A stretch of DNA of 64,000 bases from a virus. The notes under the pieces are model-generated. The model searched no databases, was not told where the DNA came from, and was given only the letters and a program-made list of their open reading frames with translations. Position numbers and translations under genes: made by a program. The stretch lies in the IMG/VR virus record IMGVR_UViG_3300037743_000151, positions 7,980 to 71,979 of that record; one strand, written 5' to 3'. This document shows positions 25,127 through 34,600 of the stretch, one piece after another; the stretch's first letter is position 1, and the number at the start of each line of letters is the position of its first letter.

Positions 25127-25684
25127 ATGAGCGCCTACCCGGCCCGCTGCCCCGCCCGCAACCTCAACGGCCGCATGTGCGACAAACCCGCCGGCCAAGG
25201 CACCCACCATTTGGGGTACGGAACATGCATCTGGCACCGGGGCGGACACCGCAACGTCGAGGAGGCATGGACCATGGCGCAAGAGATCGCAGCCGAACGC
25301 GACATCACCCCGCACGAAGCGCTACTCGGCCTCGTCCGCACAGCCGCCGCACGAGCAGCATGGACCGACAACATCATTTTCCAGCAGCTCCGCGACCACG
25401 CCGACGGCGGCGGCGACCCGCTGAAACCACCGGACGAACTGGTGCCCTGGCTGCGGCAGTCCCGTGAGGAACGCAGGCTCGCCGCGACCACCGCCAAACT
25501 CGCCGTCGACGCAGGGGTGATGGTCGCATTGGAACGCAGGCTGGACCTGGAAGGCGAGCTGGTGGCCGCGGCCCTGTCCGCTGCGCTGGACGCGGTGGAG
25601 CTGACGCACGAGCAGCGGGTGGCCGCGCTCGGCGCCGCGCAGCAGCACCTGATGCTGGCCGGGGGAGACACGGCCGCAGCCTGA
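25127..25684 (+). CDS. Putative small-terminase-like or DNA-binding protein (uncertain)
   Basis: N-terminal CPARNLNGRMCDKPAGQGTHHLGYGTCIWHRG motif and a helical C-terminus. Confidence 0.35.
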   Translation: MSAYPARCPARNLNGRMCDKPAGQGTHHLGYGTCIWHRGGHRNVEEAWTMAQEIAAERDITPHEALLGLVRTAAARAAWTDNIIFQQLRDHADGGGDPLKPPDELVPWLRQSREERRLAATTAKLAVDAGVMVALERRLDLEGELVAAALSAALDAVELTHEQRVAALGAAQQHLMLAGGDTAAA

Positions 25685-25687
25685 CGG

Positions 25688-25698
25688 CCGGAATGATC
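25688..25698 (+). promoter_or_regulatory. CCGGAATGATC motif, copy 1
   Basis: Exact 11-mer, 30 nt before ATG 25728. A partial second copy, CCGGAATGCGC, follows. Confidence 0.6.
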
Positions 25699-25727
25699 AC
25701 CCGGAATGCGCTGGCACCCTGCCGCGC

Positions 25728-25997
25728 ATGCTCCTCACCCAGGACGGGCTACGCGCCCTCGAAGGCTTCACCCTCTGCGCCGCACCGCTATACGACGAGG
25801 ACTTCAACCGCGTCGAAGGCAACGACGGCATCATGCTCACCTGCCACCACGGGCACGAGCACTTCTGGCAGAAGCACTGGCCCGGACATGTTGCCGCACC
25901 GCGCCTCCGCGACCTGGTCCTCGTAGCGCAGTCGCACTGGGAGCAGGAGCACCGCGAGACGCAGGCTGAGAACGCGGAAGCCGAGGTGGCCAAGTGA
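25728..25997 (+). CDS. Hypothetical protein
   Basis: ORF; its stop overlaps GTG 25994. Confidence 0.5.
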   Translation: MLLTQDGLRALEGFTLCAAPLYDEDFNRVEGNDGIMLTCHHGHEHFWQKHWPGHVAAPRLRDLVLVAQSHWEQEHRETQAENAEAEVAK

Positions 25998-27019
25998 AGC
26001 GCCTGCTCCTCACCGGGGCGTCTGGGTTCGTCGGCGCCACCGTCCTCGCCCACGTCCTCACCCACACGGACTGGCATGTGACGTGTCCGGTGTCGTACCG
26101 GCACCACGGCGACGGCGCCCGCATCAACGCCGTCCTCGACGCCCAGCCCGACGCCCGCGCCCGGGTCGACGTCATCGCCCACGACCTGGCACTCCCGATC
26201 ACGCCGATCCTCGCCGACCGGATCGGCCCGGTCGACTACGTGTGGAACATTGCCTCCGAATCCCACGTCGACCGCAGCCTGTCGGACCCGGTGTCGTTCG
26301 TGCGGAACAACGTCGAACTCCAGCTGAACATGCTGGAGTACGCCCGCCTCGCGAAGCCCCGCATGTTCCTGCACATGTCGACGGATGAAGTGTTCGGGCC
26401 GGCCGAGCCGGGCTACCGGCATCACGAGTGGGACAGCATCCGCCCGTCGAATCCGTACGCGGCCAGCAAGGCGGCGCAGGAAGCGATCGCGTACTCGTAC
26501 TGGCGCGGGATGTCTGTGCCTTTGATCATCACCAACACGATGAACCTTCTTGCACCTGCGCCACAGGCCGCGGAGAAGTTCATTCCGAAGATCGCCCGCG
26601 CCATCTTCGGCGGCGAGAAGCTCACCGTCCACGCCTCCCCGGACGGCGCCTCCGGGTCACGCTGCTGGGTTGATGCCCGCGACTTCGCCGCCGCCTGGCT
26701 GTGGCTCACCGAGCATTTCGACGGCGACGAACGCCTCACCTACTACCCGACGATGCCCACCGGCCCGCTCAGGTACAACATCGTCGGCGAGGAGGCCACC
26801 AACCTCGACGTGGCGCTGCGGATGGCGGAATCGGCCGGCCGCACGCTGGACTACGAGCTGGTCGACTACCACTCGCAGCGGCCGGGCCACGATCACCGGT
26901 ATGCGCTCGACGGGTCGAAGCTCGCCGAACTGGGGTGGCCCGGCCCGCGGCCGCTGGATGACACGCTGTCGGACATCGTGAAGTGGTACGCCGACAACCC
27001 GCAGTGGCTCACCACGTGA
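25994..27019 (+). CDS. NDP-hexose 4,6-dehydratase-like SDR (RmlB-like)
   Basis: TGASGFVG, STDEVFG, YAASK and RPGHDHRYALDGSKL motifs. Confidence 0.8.
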   Translation: MKRLLLTGASGFVGATVLAHVLTHTDWHVTCPVSYRHHGDGARINAVLDAQPDARARVDVIAHDLALPITPILADRIGPVDYVWNIASESHVDRSLSDPVSFVRNNVELQLNMLEYARLAKPRMFLHMSTDEVFGPAEPGYRHHEWDSIRPSNPYAASKAAQEAIAYSYWRGMSVPLIITNTMNLLAPAPQAAEKFIPKIARAIFGGEKLTVHASPDGASGSRCWVDARDFAAAWLWLTEHFDGDERLTYYPTMPTGPLRYNIVGEEATNLDVALRMAESAGRTLDYELVDYHSQRPGHDHRYALDGSKLAELGWPGPRPLDDTLSDIVKWYADNPQWLTT

Positions 27020-27243
27020 GCACGCCAGTCCCCGGAGAGGGGCCCCACCGGCGGGCGGCTAAAGGCTGTCTGAACGACACCGCGAAGTGCCTCGACGAGA
27101 TCCCAATCGGCCGCGTGAACACCGACGTGATGACGGCGCACGCGGCGAAATCCCAAGTCTTCGCCACAGCCGCTGTCGCCCACGCCCTGCTGGAACTCGG
27201 CGATGTCCTGCGCGCCACGCTGCGCGGAGCAGCCGATGAGTGA
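27016..27243 (+). CDS. Hypothetical small protein
   Basis: GTGA overlap at 27016. Confidence 0.35.
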   Translation: MSTPVPGEGPHRRAAKGCLNDTAKCLDEIPIGRVNTDVMTAHAAKSQVFATAAVAHALLELGDVLRATLRGAADE

Positions 27244-27913
27244 CATCTTCCGCGCCGCGGTGATTCCGACGCGGGACCGTCACGACCTGCTCGCCGACTG
27301 CATCAACTCTGTGGTGGATCAGGTTGACCGGGTCATCGTTATCGACAACCTCTCTGATCCGCCGATCGATCCGGAGCCGTGGCACGGCAAGGTCGGCGTG
27401 GTCGCGATCCCGATCGACCCGCCGAACATCAGCACCCTGTGGAACGTCGGCCTTGCGCTCGCCGACGCATCCGCCCACGCCGAGCAGGCCGACCGGTGGG
27501 ACATCGCCGTCCTCAACTCCGACGTCACCGTCCCACCCGGATGGATCGACGGCCTGTCCACCGCGATGCGCTCCACCACCGCGGTCCTCGCCTACCCCGA
27601 CCAGCACGGCGGCCGACACCAGATCCTCCACACGAAGGCCGAGCCGGTGGACCTGCGGACTCGGATCACGGGCTACGCGTACCTGCTGCGCGGCGAGGCA
27701 GGGCTACGCCTCGACGAGACCCTCGCGTGGTGGTACGGCGACGACGACCTCGACTGGCGTGCCCGCGAGCAAGGCGGCGCGCTCCTCGTACCGGGCCTGG
27801 CCGTCGAACACCGCTGCCCGAACGGCTCGATGTACGAACGGCCGGAGCTGAAGACCCAGGCAGGCCGGGACCGCGAGACCTTCAAAGCGAAGTGGGGCCG
27901 CACCCCATGGTGA
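27236..27913 (+). CDS. Family-2-like glycosyltransferase
   Basis: AAVIPTRDR...VIVIDN...NSD...DDDLDWR pattern. Confidence 0.7.
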   Translation: MSDIFRAAVIPTRDRHDLLADCINSVVDQVDRVIVIDNLSDPPIDPEPWHGKVGVVAIPIDPPNISTLWNVGLALADASAHAEQADRWDIAVLNSDVTVPPGWIDGLSTAMRSTTAVLAYPDQHGGRHQILHTKAEPVDLRTRITGYAYLLRGEAGLRLDETLAWWYGDDDLDWRAREQGGALLVPGLAVEHRCPNGSMYERPELKTQAGRDRETFKAKWGRTPW

Positions 27914-27926
27914 ACAGGAGCACAAG

Positions 27927-28733
27927 TTGAAGATTGCAGTAACCGGCGGTAAAGGCCTCCTCGGCCAGGCCACCATCCAAGCAGCCGAAAACGCCGGCCA
28001 CGACGCGTGGGCGTTCGACCGCACCCAAGGCCTCGACATCCTCAGCAGCCTCGACGCACTCGACGGCGCCGACACAGTCATTCACCTGGCCGGGATGCTC
28101 GGCACCTCCGAGCTGTTCGACACCCCAGAGCAGGCAGTCGACGTCAACATCAAGGGCGCGCTACGGATCCTGCAATGGTGCCGAGAACACGACGCCGCAT
28201 ATGTCGGCATCACGATGCCCGACGTGTACCCGTCGGTGTACACCGCGACGAAAGTCTGTGCGCAGCGGCTGGCCACCGCCTGGCATGTGGCCTTTGGGCT
28301 GCCAGTCAGCCATGTACGGGCGTTCAATGCCTACGGTCCCGGGAGTCACATCGGTCCCGGCTATCCGAAGAAGATCGTCCCGACGTTTGCGCGTTCCGCA
28401 TGGGCCGGAAAGCCGCTCCCGGTGGTAGGCAACGGAGAACAAATCGTCGACCTGATCCACGTCGATGACGTGGCCCGGATGCTGATTGACGCGACACAGC
28501 ACGGCGACAACCCAGTGTTCGAAGCCGGCACCGGGCAGCCGGTCACGGTCAGCGAAGTAGCGCACAAGGTCCTCGACATCACCGGCAGCACGGCCGGGAT
28601 CGAGTACCAGCCGATGCGGCGCGGTGAAATCCCGGTGCAGGTCGCTGCGACCGGGGAGGGCTGGGACCGCTTGGACTGGCGGCCGCGCCTGGATTGGGAC
28701 CGGTTCGCGGAGGCCGTGGAGTCGTACCGGTGA
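27927..28733 (+). CDS. NAD-dependent epimerase/reductase (SDR)
   Basis: VTGGKGLLG Rossmann motif and YTATK catalytic motif. TTG start. Confidence 0.7.
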   Translation: MKIAVTGGKGLLGQATIQAAENAGHDAWAFDRTQGLDILSSLDALDGADTVIHLAGMLGTSELFDTPEQAVDVNIKGALRILQWCREHDAAYVGITMPDVYPSVYTATKVCAQRLATAWHVAFGLPVSHVRAFNAYGPGSHIGPGYPKKIVPTFARSAWAGKPLPVVGNGEQIVDLIHVDDVARMLIDATQHGDNPVFEAGTGQPVTVSEVAHKVLDITGSTAGIEYQPMRRGEIPVQVAATGEGWDRLDWRPRLDWDRFAEAVESYR

Positions 28734-29242
28734 CGGAGCGGATCTCCGCTGACTCGTGGCGGAAGCACAAGGGGCACGTAGCCCGCTACCAGTACGCCTC
28801 GCAGCATGTGCGGGCGGGCGAGACAGTAAACGACATCGCGTGCGGGGTCGGCTACGGCTCCGGGTTCTTTCTGCAAGGCCCGTACCGGGGCTACGACCGG
28901 CCCGGCGCGCCCGACCAGAGGTTCCCCGGCTCCTTCCACGCAGCGGACCTCAATGACCCCGGGTGGGAGCCCGCGCCGGCGGATGTGACGGTGTGCTTCG
29001 AGACGCTGGAGCATGTCAAGGATCCGGCCCGGCTGGCGCAGGTGATTTCCCGTACGACACGCAGGTTGATCGTCGTGTCGGTGCCGGTGGTGCCGACCAG
29101 GCACATCAACCCGTACCACTTGCACGACTTCACCGCCGAGGAGATCCCGCCGCTGTTCGACGGGTTTGAGATCGCTGATGAGTGGCCGCAGCCGGAGGAG
29201 CTTGCTCACGTGTGGCTGTTCGAACGGAGTAGCAATGCCTGA
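28730..29242 (+). CDS. Class I SAM-dependent methyltransferase
   Basis: NDIACGVGYGSGF motif I and FETLEHV. GTGA overlap. Confidence 0.7.
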   Translation: MTERISADSWRKHKGHVARYQYASQHVRAGETVNDIACGVGYGSGFFLQGPYRGYDRPGAPDQRFPGSFHAADLNDPGWEPAPADVTVCFETLEHVKDPARLAQVISRTTRRLIVVSVPVVPTRHINPYHLHDFTAEEIPPLFDGFEIADEWPQPEELAHVWLFERSSNA

Positions 29243-29891
29243 CATTGCGATCATCACCGCGGTCTATGACGCTTTCGACACGGTCAAGCCCGTCCTGCCG
29301 CAGACCGGTGCGGATGTGGAGTGGATCCTCGTCACCGACACGCCTCCGGACGCCGAGGCCGCGCAGGGCTGGACGGTGGTGCATGAGGCGCGGCCGGACA
29401 TGCTGCCGGTGCGGGCGGCGAAGGCGGCGAAGTTCGAGCCGTGGAAGTACACGGCCGCGGCCGCGAGTATCTGGGTGGACGCCTCGTTCCGTGTTGTCTC
29501 GCCTCGGTTCGCAGTCGAGGCCATGGAGTATGCGAAGCCGATTGCGCAGTTCGTGCATCCGTGGCGGGACTGCCTGTATGCGGAGGCGATAGAGATTGCT
29601 GCGCTCGGCATGGACCCGGATGGTGTGGCGGCGTGGCAGACGCGCCGGTACCGGGAGGCCGGTCACCCGGCGGGGTGGGGGTTGTGGGCGGCCGGCGTCA
29701 TCGCCCGTCGGCATACGGCCGGGGTGAAGCGGATGGGTGCGGCGTGGGCGCGGGAGGTGGCGGGCGGGTCGGCGCGGGATCAGGTGTCGCAGCCGCACGT
29801 CCTGCGGGAAGCGAGGCTGCGCCCGGCCAGCTTGCCGGGTACGCATCTGGCGAACGCGTGGCTGAAGTACGAGGGGAGCGGACGGCATTGA
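29235..29891 (+). CDS. DUF616-type glycosyltransferase-like protein
   Basis: IAIITAVYDAFD...WILVTD...AAKAAKFEPWKY...IWVDASF pattern. Confidence 0.55.
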   Translation: MPDIAIITAVYDAFDTVKPVLPQTGADVEWILVTDTPPDAEAAQGWTVVHEARPDMLPVRAAKAAKFEPWKYTAAAASIWVDASFRVVSPRFAVEAMEYAKPIAQFVHPWRDCLYAEAIEIAALGMDPDGVAAWQTRRYREAGHPAGWGLWAAGVIARRHTAGVKRMGAAWAREVAGGSARDQVSQPHVLREARLRPASLPGTHLANAWLKYEGSGRH

Positions 29892-30013
29892 GCGGCGGCG
29901 ACGAATGCCCCAAGGGTGGCGAGCATGACTGGGTCAAGCCGCACCCGCTCCCGGCAGATCACAAGTACGAGTGCGCCGCATGCGGGCACTACGACCTCGA
30001 CGACTACATCTAG
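29888..30013 (+). CDS. Small zinc-ribbon-like protein (41 aa)
   Basis: TTG start overlapping the upstream stop. ECPKGGEHDW...YECAACGHY. Confidence 0.3.
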   Translation: MSGGDECPKGGEHDWVKPHPLPADHKYECAACGHYDLDDYI

Positions 30014-30023
30014 TGAGGCACGA

Positions 30024-30269
30024 ATGAGCGAGCAAGTACCGAGCGTTGGCCGAATTGTCCACTACACGAGCTACGGCACACCGGGCGGCGAGTACGGCCA
30101 AGAGTGCCGGGCTGCCATCGTGACTGAGGTCGGGCCCGACAACGGCACCAGCTTCCCGAACCTTGGGCTGTGCGTCCTCAACCCGACCGGCATGTTCTTC
30201 AACCGGGATGTGCCTGCCGGGGGTAACGCCGACGGTGGTACGTGGCACTGGCCGGAGCGTGTCGGATGA
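30024..30269 (+). CDS. Hypothetical small protein
   Basis: In-frame ATG 30024. Confidence 0.5.
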   Translation: MSEQVPSVGRIVHYTSYGTPGGEYGQECRAAIVTEVGPDNGTSFPNLGLCVLNPTGMFFNRDVPAGGNADGGTWHWPERVG

Positions 30270-30703
30270 GACTGGAGATCGGCGGCGGGAAGCTCCTGTC
30301 AGCAGGCTGGACCAACCTCGACCCCAACCACGGCACCGGCGACTGGCGGCGCCTCGCACAAGACACGCCCTGGCCCACCGGCGACCACACGGTAGAGGCC
30401 ATGCGCGCGAGCCACGTCATGGAGCACATCCCCGCCGGGACTGAGCGGATCGCGGTTCTCAACGAAGCCCACCGCGTCCTGCGCCCCGGGGCCGTGTTCG
30501 AGATCCGCGTACCCAACGCCCTGTCCGGAACCTGGCACGCCTACGCCGACCCGACGCACGTCTCCTTCTGGTGCGTGGAGTCGTTCCACTACCTCGACGG
30601 TTCGAAGGCAGCCCACGCCGACTACGGACTCCTGCCGTGGAAGACGATCGAACTCCGCATTCAAGGCGACAACGAGGTCTTGTGGAAGGGGGTGCCGCGA
30701 TGA
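30266..30703 (+). CDS. SAM-dependent methyltransferase-like protein
   Basis: LEIGGG...SHVMEHIP...RVLRPGAVFEIRVPN. ATGA overlap. Confidence 0.6.
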   Translation: MRLEIGGGKLLSAGWTNLDPNHGTGDWRRLAQDTPWPTGDHTVEAMRASHVMEHIPAGTERIAVLNEAHRVLRPGAVFEIRVPNALSGTWHAYADPTHVSFWCVESFHYLDGSKAAHADYGLLPWKTIELRIQGDNEVLWKGVPR

Positions 30704-30915
30704 GCGCCCGCGACGCTCTCATGGGCGCGCTGTGGGACAACTACACCATGGCCGAGAAGAACGCGTTCATCGACGCCTTCGCGCACGAGCTGGCGGAGAA
30801 GCAGCGGGCTGCGGCCAAATCCGAGTTCGACCGGGATGTCTACATCGACGAACTCAGCATGCAGTTCACGGGCAAGGTGATCGACCTCATCGACCCCGAG
30901 GCGCAGAAGCCGTGA
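30700..30915 (+). CDS. Hypothetical protein with AHELAEKQRA...DLIDP module
   Basis: ATGA overlap at 30700. Shares 28 of 29 nt with 18797-18825 on the opposite strand. Confidence 0.5.
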   Translation: MSARDALMGALWDNYTMAEKNAFIDAFAHELAEKQRAAAKSEFDRDVYIDELSMQFTGKVIDLIDPEAQKP

Positions 30916-31481
30916 CCGAACCTGACGTCACGGTCGTCGTCCCCTACCACGCGGCCCGCGTGAAGAACGGCATGCTCAAACGCGCGGCCGACTCCGTCAA
31001 CGCGCAGACCGCACCCCACCACCTGATCGCCGTCGAAGACACCCAACGCCAGGGCGCCGGTGCCACCCGGCAACGCGGCCTCGACCAAGTCGCCACCGAG
31101 TGGACCGCGTTCCTCGACAGCGACGACGAGATGGACCCCACCCACCTGGCGCAGCTCCTCGCCTGCGCCGAGACCACGAGTGCCGACTACGTGTACCCGT
31201 GGTTCCGCGTGAAGGGCGGCCGCGACCCGTTCCCCATGTTCTTCGGCAAACCCTGGGACAACGCCCACCCCCACTCCACCACCATCACCATCCTCGTCCG
31301 CACCGAACTCGCACAGCAGGTCGGCTTCCGGAATGTGGCAGGCGAGGACTTCACGTTCACGAAGGACTGCATCATCGCCGGGGCAAAGATCGTCCACCTA
31401 CCGGTTCGTAGCTGGACGTGGGTCCACCATGGGCGGAACTCCTCCGGCCGACCCGACCGTGGCGACGCCCGCAACCGCTGA
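30912..31481 (+). CDS. Family-2-like glycosyltransferase
   Basis: VTVVVPYH...FLDSDDEM. GTGA overlap. Confidence 0.65.
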   Translation: MTEPDVTVVVPYHAARVKNGMLKRAADSVNAQTAPHHLIAVEDTQRQGAGATRQRGLDQVATEWTAFLDSDDEMDPTHLAQLLACAETTSADYVYPWFRVKGGRDPFPMFFGKPWDNAHPHSTTITILVRTELAQQVGFRNVAGEDFTFTKDCIIAGAKIVHLPVRSWTWVHHGRNSSGRPDRGDARNR

Positions 31482-31561
31482 TACCCAGCATTCGCCGGAC
31501 CGGGCAACGTATCGTGATCCCATACGCGGCGACACTCGCGCCACTGATCGGAGGGCAACGC

Positions 31562-31783
31562 ATGAAGGTCAGACTGTCCGCCTACCTAGACGGTCCGCGA
31601 TCCCTGAACCGCGAGCTGCCCGCGGACTGGTGGTCACGCACCGAGGACCAGCGGGCCGAGTGGATCAACGAGTACAAATCGGATCTGGTTGAAATGCTGC
31701 GCCAGAACACGCTGGCATACGAATGGGAACCCGGGTGGGAAGGGCTGCTACACGGAGAAGGCCCGGACGACCTCGATAACTGA
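31562..31783 (+). CDS. Hypothetical protein
   Basis: GGAGGG SD before ATG 31562. Confidence 0.45.
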   Translation: MKVRLSAYLDGPRSLNRELPADWWSRTEDQRAEWINEYKSDLVEMLRQNTLAYEWEPGWEGLLHGEGPDDLDN

Positions 31784-31939
31784 ACTCGCCGCTGCTGAGT
31801 GGCGCCCCTGTGCGCTTCTTCCCGGGGGCGCCGACGGGTCAATGGGGCATGCACAGCCCTGGAGCACGTCCAGCACACGAGGCACCCACCAGACCACGCT
31901 CCGGAACGCGACAGCCCCCACACCCCCGACAATCCCGGC

Positions 31940-33352
31940 ATGGGCACCAACGACAGGGCGACAGTAGCGGCACGCGCCGCCGCCCTCCTCGGCGCCCAAC
32001 TCACCCCACGCTGGACACCACTACCCCACCAAGTACCGCCCCCCGGCAACTGGTATGGCTGGCTCCTCCTCGCCGGCCGCGGCGCCGGCAAGACCGACGC
32101 CTGCGCCGAATACATCGCCCGCCACATCGCCGGACCACCCTGCCTCCCGGGCCCGGTACCCCACTGGGTCGGCATCATTGCGCCCACCCAGGGCGACGCC
32201 GTCACCGCCTGCGTGTCCGGGCCGTCCGGTATCAAAGCCCATGACCCCACCGCCGTCGGCCCGATCACCACGGCAGGCGGCACCGTCGTCCGCTGGCCCA
32301 ACGGGAGTCAGGCCAAGCTGTACGGGGCGAATAGTCCGGAAGATGTGGAAAGGCTCCGCGCTGGGGGCAATACCTGCGTGGCCTGGTTGGAGGAATTTGC
32401 CGCGTGGCGGCACATGCAGGACGCCTTCGACCAACTCCGCTTCGGCCTCCGCTCCGGTCCGCGCCCACACTGGGTCGCCTCCACCACCCCGAAGCCCAAA
32501 CCCCTACTGAAGCGCCTCATGCAAGGCGAGATCCCGAACGTCGTCACCACCACGGCGACCATGTACGACAACCCACATCTCCCGCAGCACATCCGCGACA
32601 TGCTCGAAGACGCCTACGCGGGAACCGACCTCGGCGAGCAGGAGCTGTACGGCCGACTCCTCGACGAGATCAAGAACGCCCTATGGCGAAGGAAGTTCCT
32701 CGCCGCCGGCCGCATGCGCCTCGACGACCTGCCGGACCTCATCCGCCGAACGGTCGGCGTCGACCCTTCCGGCGGCGCAGGGGAGCAGGGCATCGTCGTC
32801 ACCGCGAAGTCGGGGCTTCTGCTACCCGGACTGCTGCCCGGCCCCGAGCTGGACCCCGACGAACCGGCCCCGGTCGGTGCACCACGCCCGCAGCCGCACG
32901 GCTTTGTCCTGGACGACCGGTCGTGCCAGCTCCCGCCGGAGGGCTGGGGGCAGCGCGCGGTACAGGCCGCGATCGACTGGGAGGCCGAGGACGTGGCGGT
33001 AGAGGTCAACTACGGGGGGGACCAAGCGATCGCCGTGATCCGCACAGCGATGGAGAAACTCGGGGTGGATATCCCGATCCGGAAGGTGCGCGCGTCGCAG
33101 GGCAAGGCGATCCGTGCACAGCCAGTGGCCGCGCTCAGCGCTCAGGGCCGGTGGCATCACGCGGGCACATTCCCGGAATTGGAGGACCAGCTAGCCACGT
33201 GGTACCCGGAGTTGGGCTGGTCGCCCGATCGCCTCGACGCACTCGTATGGGGACCATGGCATATGAAACTCGTGGGCACGATGACGCACGGCCAGGGTTC
33301 GTTGGGCGGGGATCTGGCCAGAAAGCAGATTGTCGGGGGGCGGCTACGGTGA
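31940..33352 (+). CDS. Terminase large subunit
   Basis: Walker A LLAGRGAGKTD, WLEEFA, and a C-terminal nuclease-like VGVDPSGG...VEVNYGGD. Confidence 0.85.
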   Translation: MGTNDRATVAARAAALLGAQLTPRWTPLPHQVPPPGNWYGWLLLAGRGAGKTDACAEYIARHIAGPPCLPGPVPHWVGIIAPTQGDAVTACVSGPSGIKAHDPTAVGPITTAGGTVVRWPNGSQAKLYGANSPEDVERLRAGGNTCVAWLEEFAAWRHMQDAFDQLRFGLRSGPRPHWVASTTPKPKPLLKRLMQGEIPNVVTTTATMYDNPHLPQHIRDMLEDAYAGTDLGEQELYGRLLDEIKNALWRRKFLAAGRMRLDDLPDLIRRTVGVDPSGGAGEQGIVVTAKSGLLLPGLLPGPELDPDEPAPVGAPRPQPHGFVLDDRSCQLPPEGWGQRAVQAAIDWEAEDVAVEVNYGGDQAIAVIRTAMEKLGVDIPIRKVRASQGKAIRAQPVAALSAQGRWHHAGTFPELEDQLATWYPELGWSPDRLDALVWGPWHMKLVGTMTHGQGSLGGDLARKQIVGGRLR

Positions 33353-33606
33353 CGGGCATGAGCATCTGGAGAACGGTCGGCCACGACGGGCCGGAGGTCG
33401 TTGGGATCCCAGACGAGACGGACGCCGTGCACTATCGAGGCGGCGGGGAGGCCACCGCCACCGTCGACGTCGCCGTGACCAGCATGCACGGCGGGGTGCG
33501 CCTCGGTATCGAGTTCGATGGCTCGACGAAGGATGTCCTCCTCGACCGGGAGAACGTGGCGCTGTTGCGTGACCGGCTGACGGTCGTACTGGAGGGTGAG
33601 TCGTGA
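33349..33606 (+). CDS. Hypothetical protein
   Basis: GTGA overlap at 33349 (alternative ATG 33358). Confidence 0.45.
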   Translation: MTGMSIWRTVGHDGPEVVGIPDETDAVHYRGGGEATATVDVAVTSMHGGVRLGIEFDGSTKDVLLDRENVALLRDRLTVVLEGES

Positions 33607-34037
33607 GTCTGTGGTTGCTGCTGCTCGTGATGGCGCTCGCGGTGTACCGGCTTACCCGCTTGGTCGTGGCTGACACGTTCCCGCCGGTGCTGTGGCTGCG
33701 TGACCGGCTTGTCGGTGGGTGGCGTGAGCCGACGATGAAGGAGCAGCATCACGATGCGTTCCCGACCGGGGAGGTCGAGGAGGGCTGCTTCAAGAGCATT
33801 CCAAACCTGGGCATGTTCGGGCTGCTCGACGGTGAGTTGCAGATTTACGGCCGCCGGTGGAAGTGGTCGCCGTTCTGGTTGGCTGATCTGTTGTCGTGTC
33901 CGTTTTGCGCGTCGGGGTGGATTGCTGTCGGGGTGACGGCGGGTGTGTGGGCCACGGTCGGTCTGCCGGTGCCGCTGCTGGTGTGGCTGGCGGTGTGGGC
34001 GGTGGGCGGCCTGTTGGCGTCGCAGGAGTGGGCGTGA
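33603..34037 (+). CDS. DUF1360-like membrane protein
   Basis: Hydrophobic N-terminus, LSCPFCASGWIAVGV, and further transmembrane segments. Confidence 0.6.
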   Translation: MSLWLLLLVMALAVYRLTRLVVADTFPPVLWLRDRLVGGWREPTMKEQHHDAFPTGEVEEGCFKSIPNLGMFGLLDGELQIYGRRWKWSPFWLADLLSCPFCASGWIAVGVTAGVWATVGLPVPLLVWLAVWAVGGLLASQEWA

Positions 34038-34120
34038 CGCCGGAACGCGGGCCGGAGACGGGCCCGTAGCATTCAGGGTGTAGGAGCCGGGCCTTCGGGT
34101 TCCGGGGTGGTGGCGCACAG

Positions 34121-34151
34121 GGGCCGTCCGCAGTGGGCATGCGGACGGCCC
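34121..34151. other. 11-bp stem hairpin
   Basis: GGGCCGTCCGC - 9-nt loop - GCGGACGGCCC. Confidence 0.6.
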
Positions 34152-34197
34152 TCGCTGCTGCTCGGGGTGTGGGAAGGGGCCGCCTCCGTAGAGACGG

Positions 34198-34600
34198 CCC
34201 CACCAAGAAGAGCCACGCCACGCCCTGCCTTGCCTCGCCCTGCCGAGCCATGCGCTGGTCAGCTTAACGGCGAAGGGCTCCACCGAAGTGGAGCCCACCA
34301 AGAAGAGCCTTGCCATACCACGCAATGCCGAGCCGAGCGCTGCCCAACCGAGCGCTGCCTTGCCATGACCAGCCAAGCGGAGGCTAGCCCGAGGGCTTCA
34401 CAGTACCGCCAGAGCCGTCATTCTGAATACATCTCTTCTTTCGGAGTGACACATGACGGTATATATTCGCGTGGTGCCACCGGCACGCTCGGCGTGGCAC
34501 TGCCCGGCAAGCTGAGGCATGGCATGGCCTGGCGGGGCACGGCGGGTCATGGCTAGTCAAGGCCAGGCGGGGTAAGGCACGGCGCGGCTCTTCTTGGCTT
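34198..34600. repeat. Repeat-rich non-coding region with direct and inverted 12-16-mers, degenerate GCCNTGCC/GGCANGGC tracts and an AT-rich core
   Basis: CCCACCAAGAAGAGCC at 34198-34213 and 34294-34309. Inverted GGCTCTTCTTGG at 34586-34597. Hairpin at 34275-34296. AT-rich core at 34421-34470. Confidence 0.8.
34421..34470 (+). promoter_or_regulatory. AT-rich island with a TATATAT element (candidate promoter, or origin/cos core)
   Basis: About 40% GC by hand count in a very GC-rich background. It lies 165 nt upstream of ATG 34635. Confidence 0.4.
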
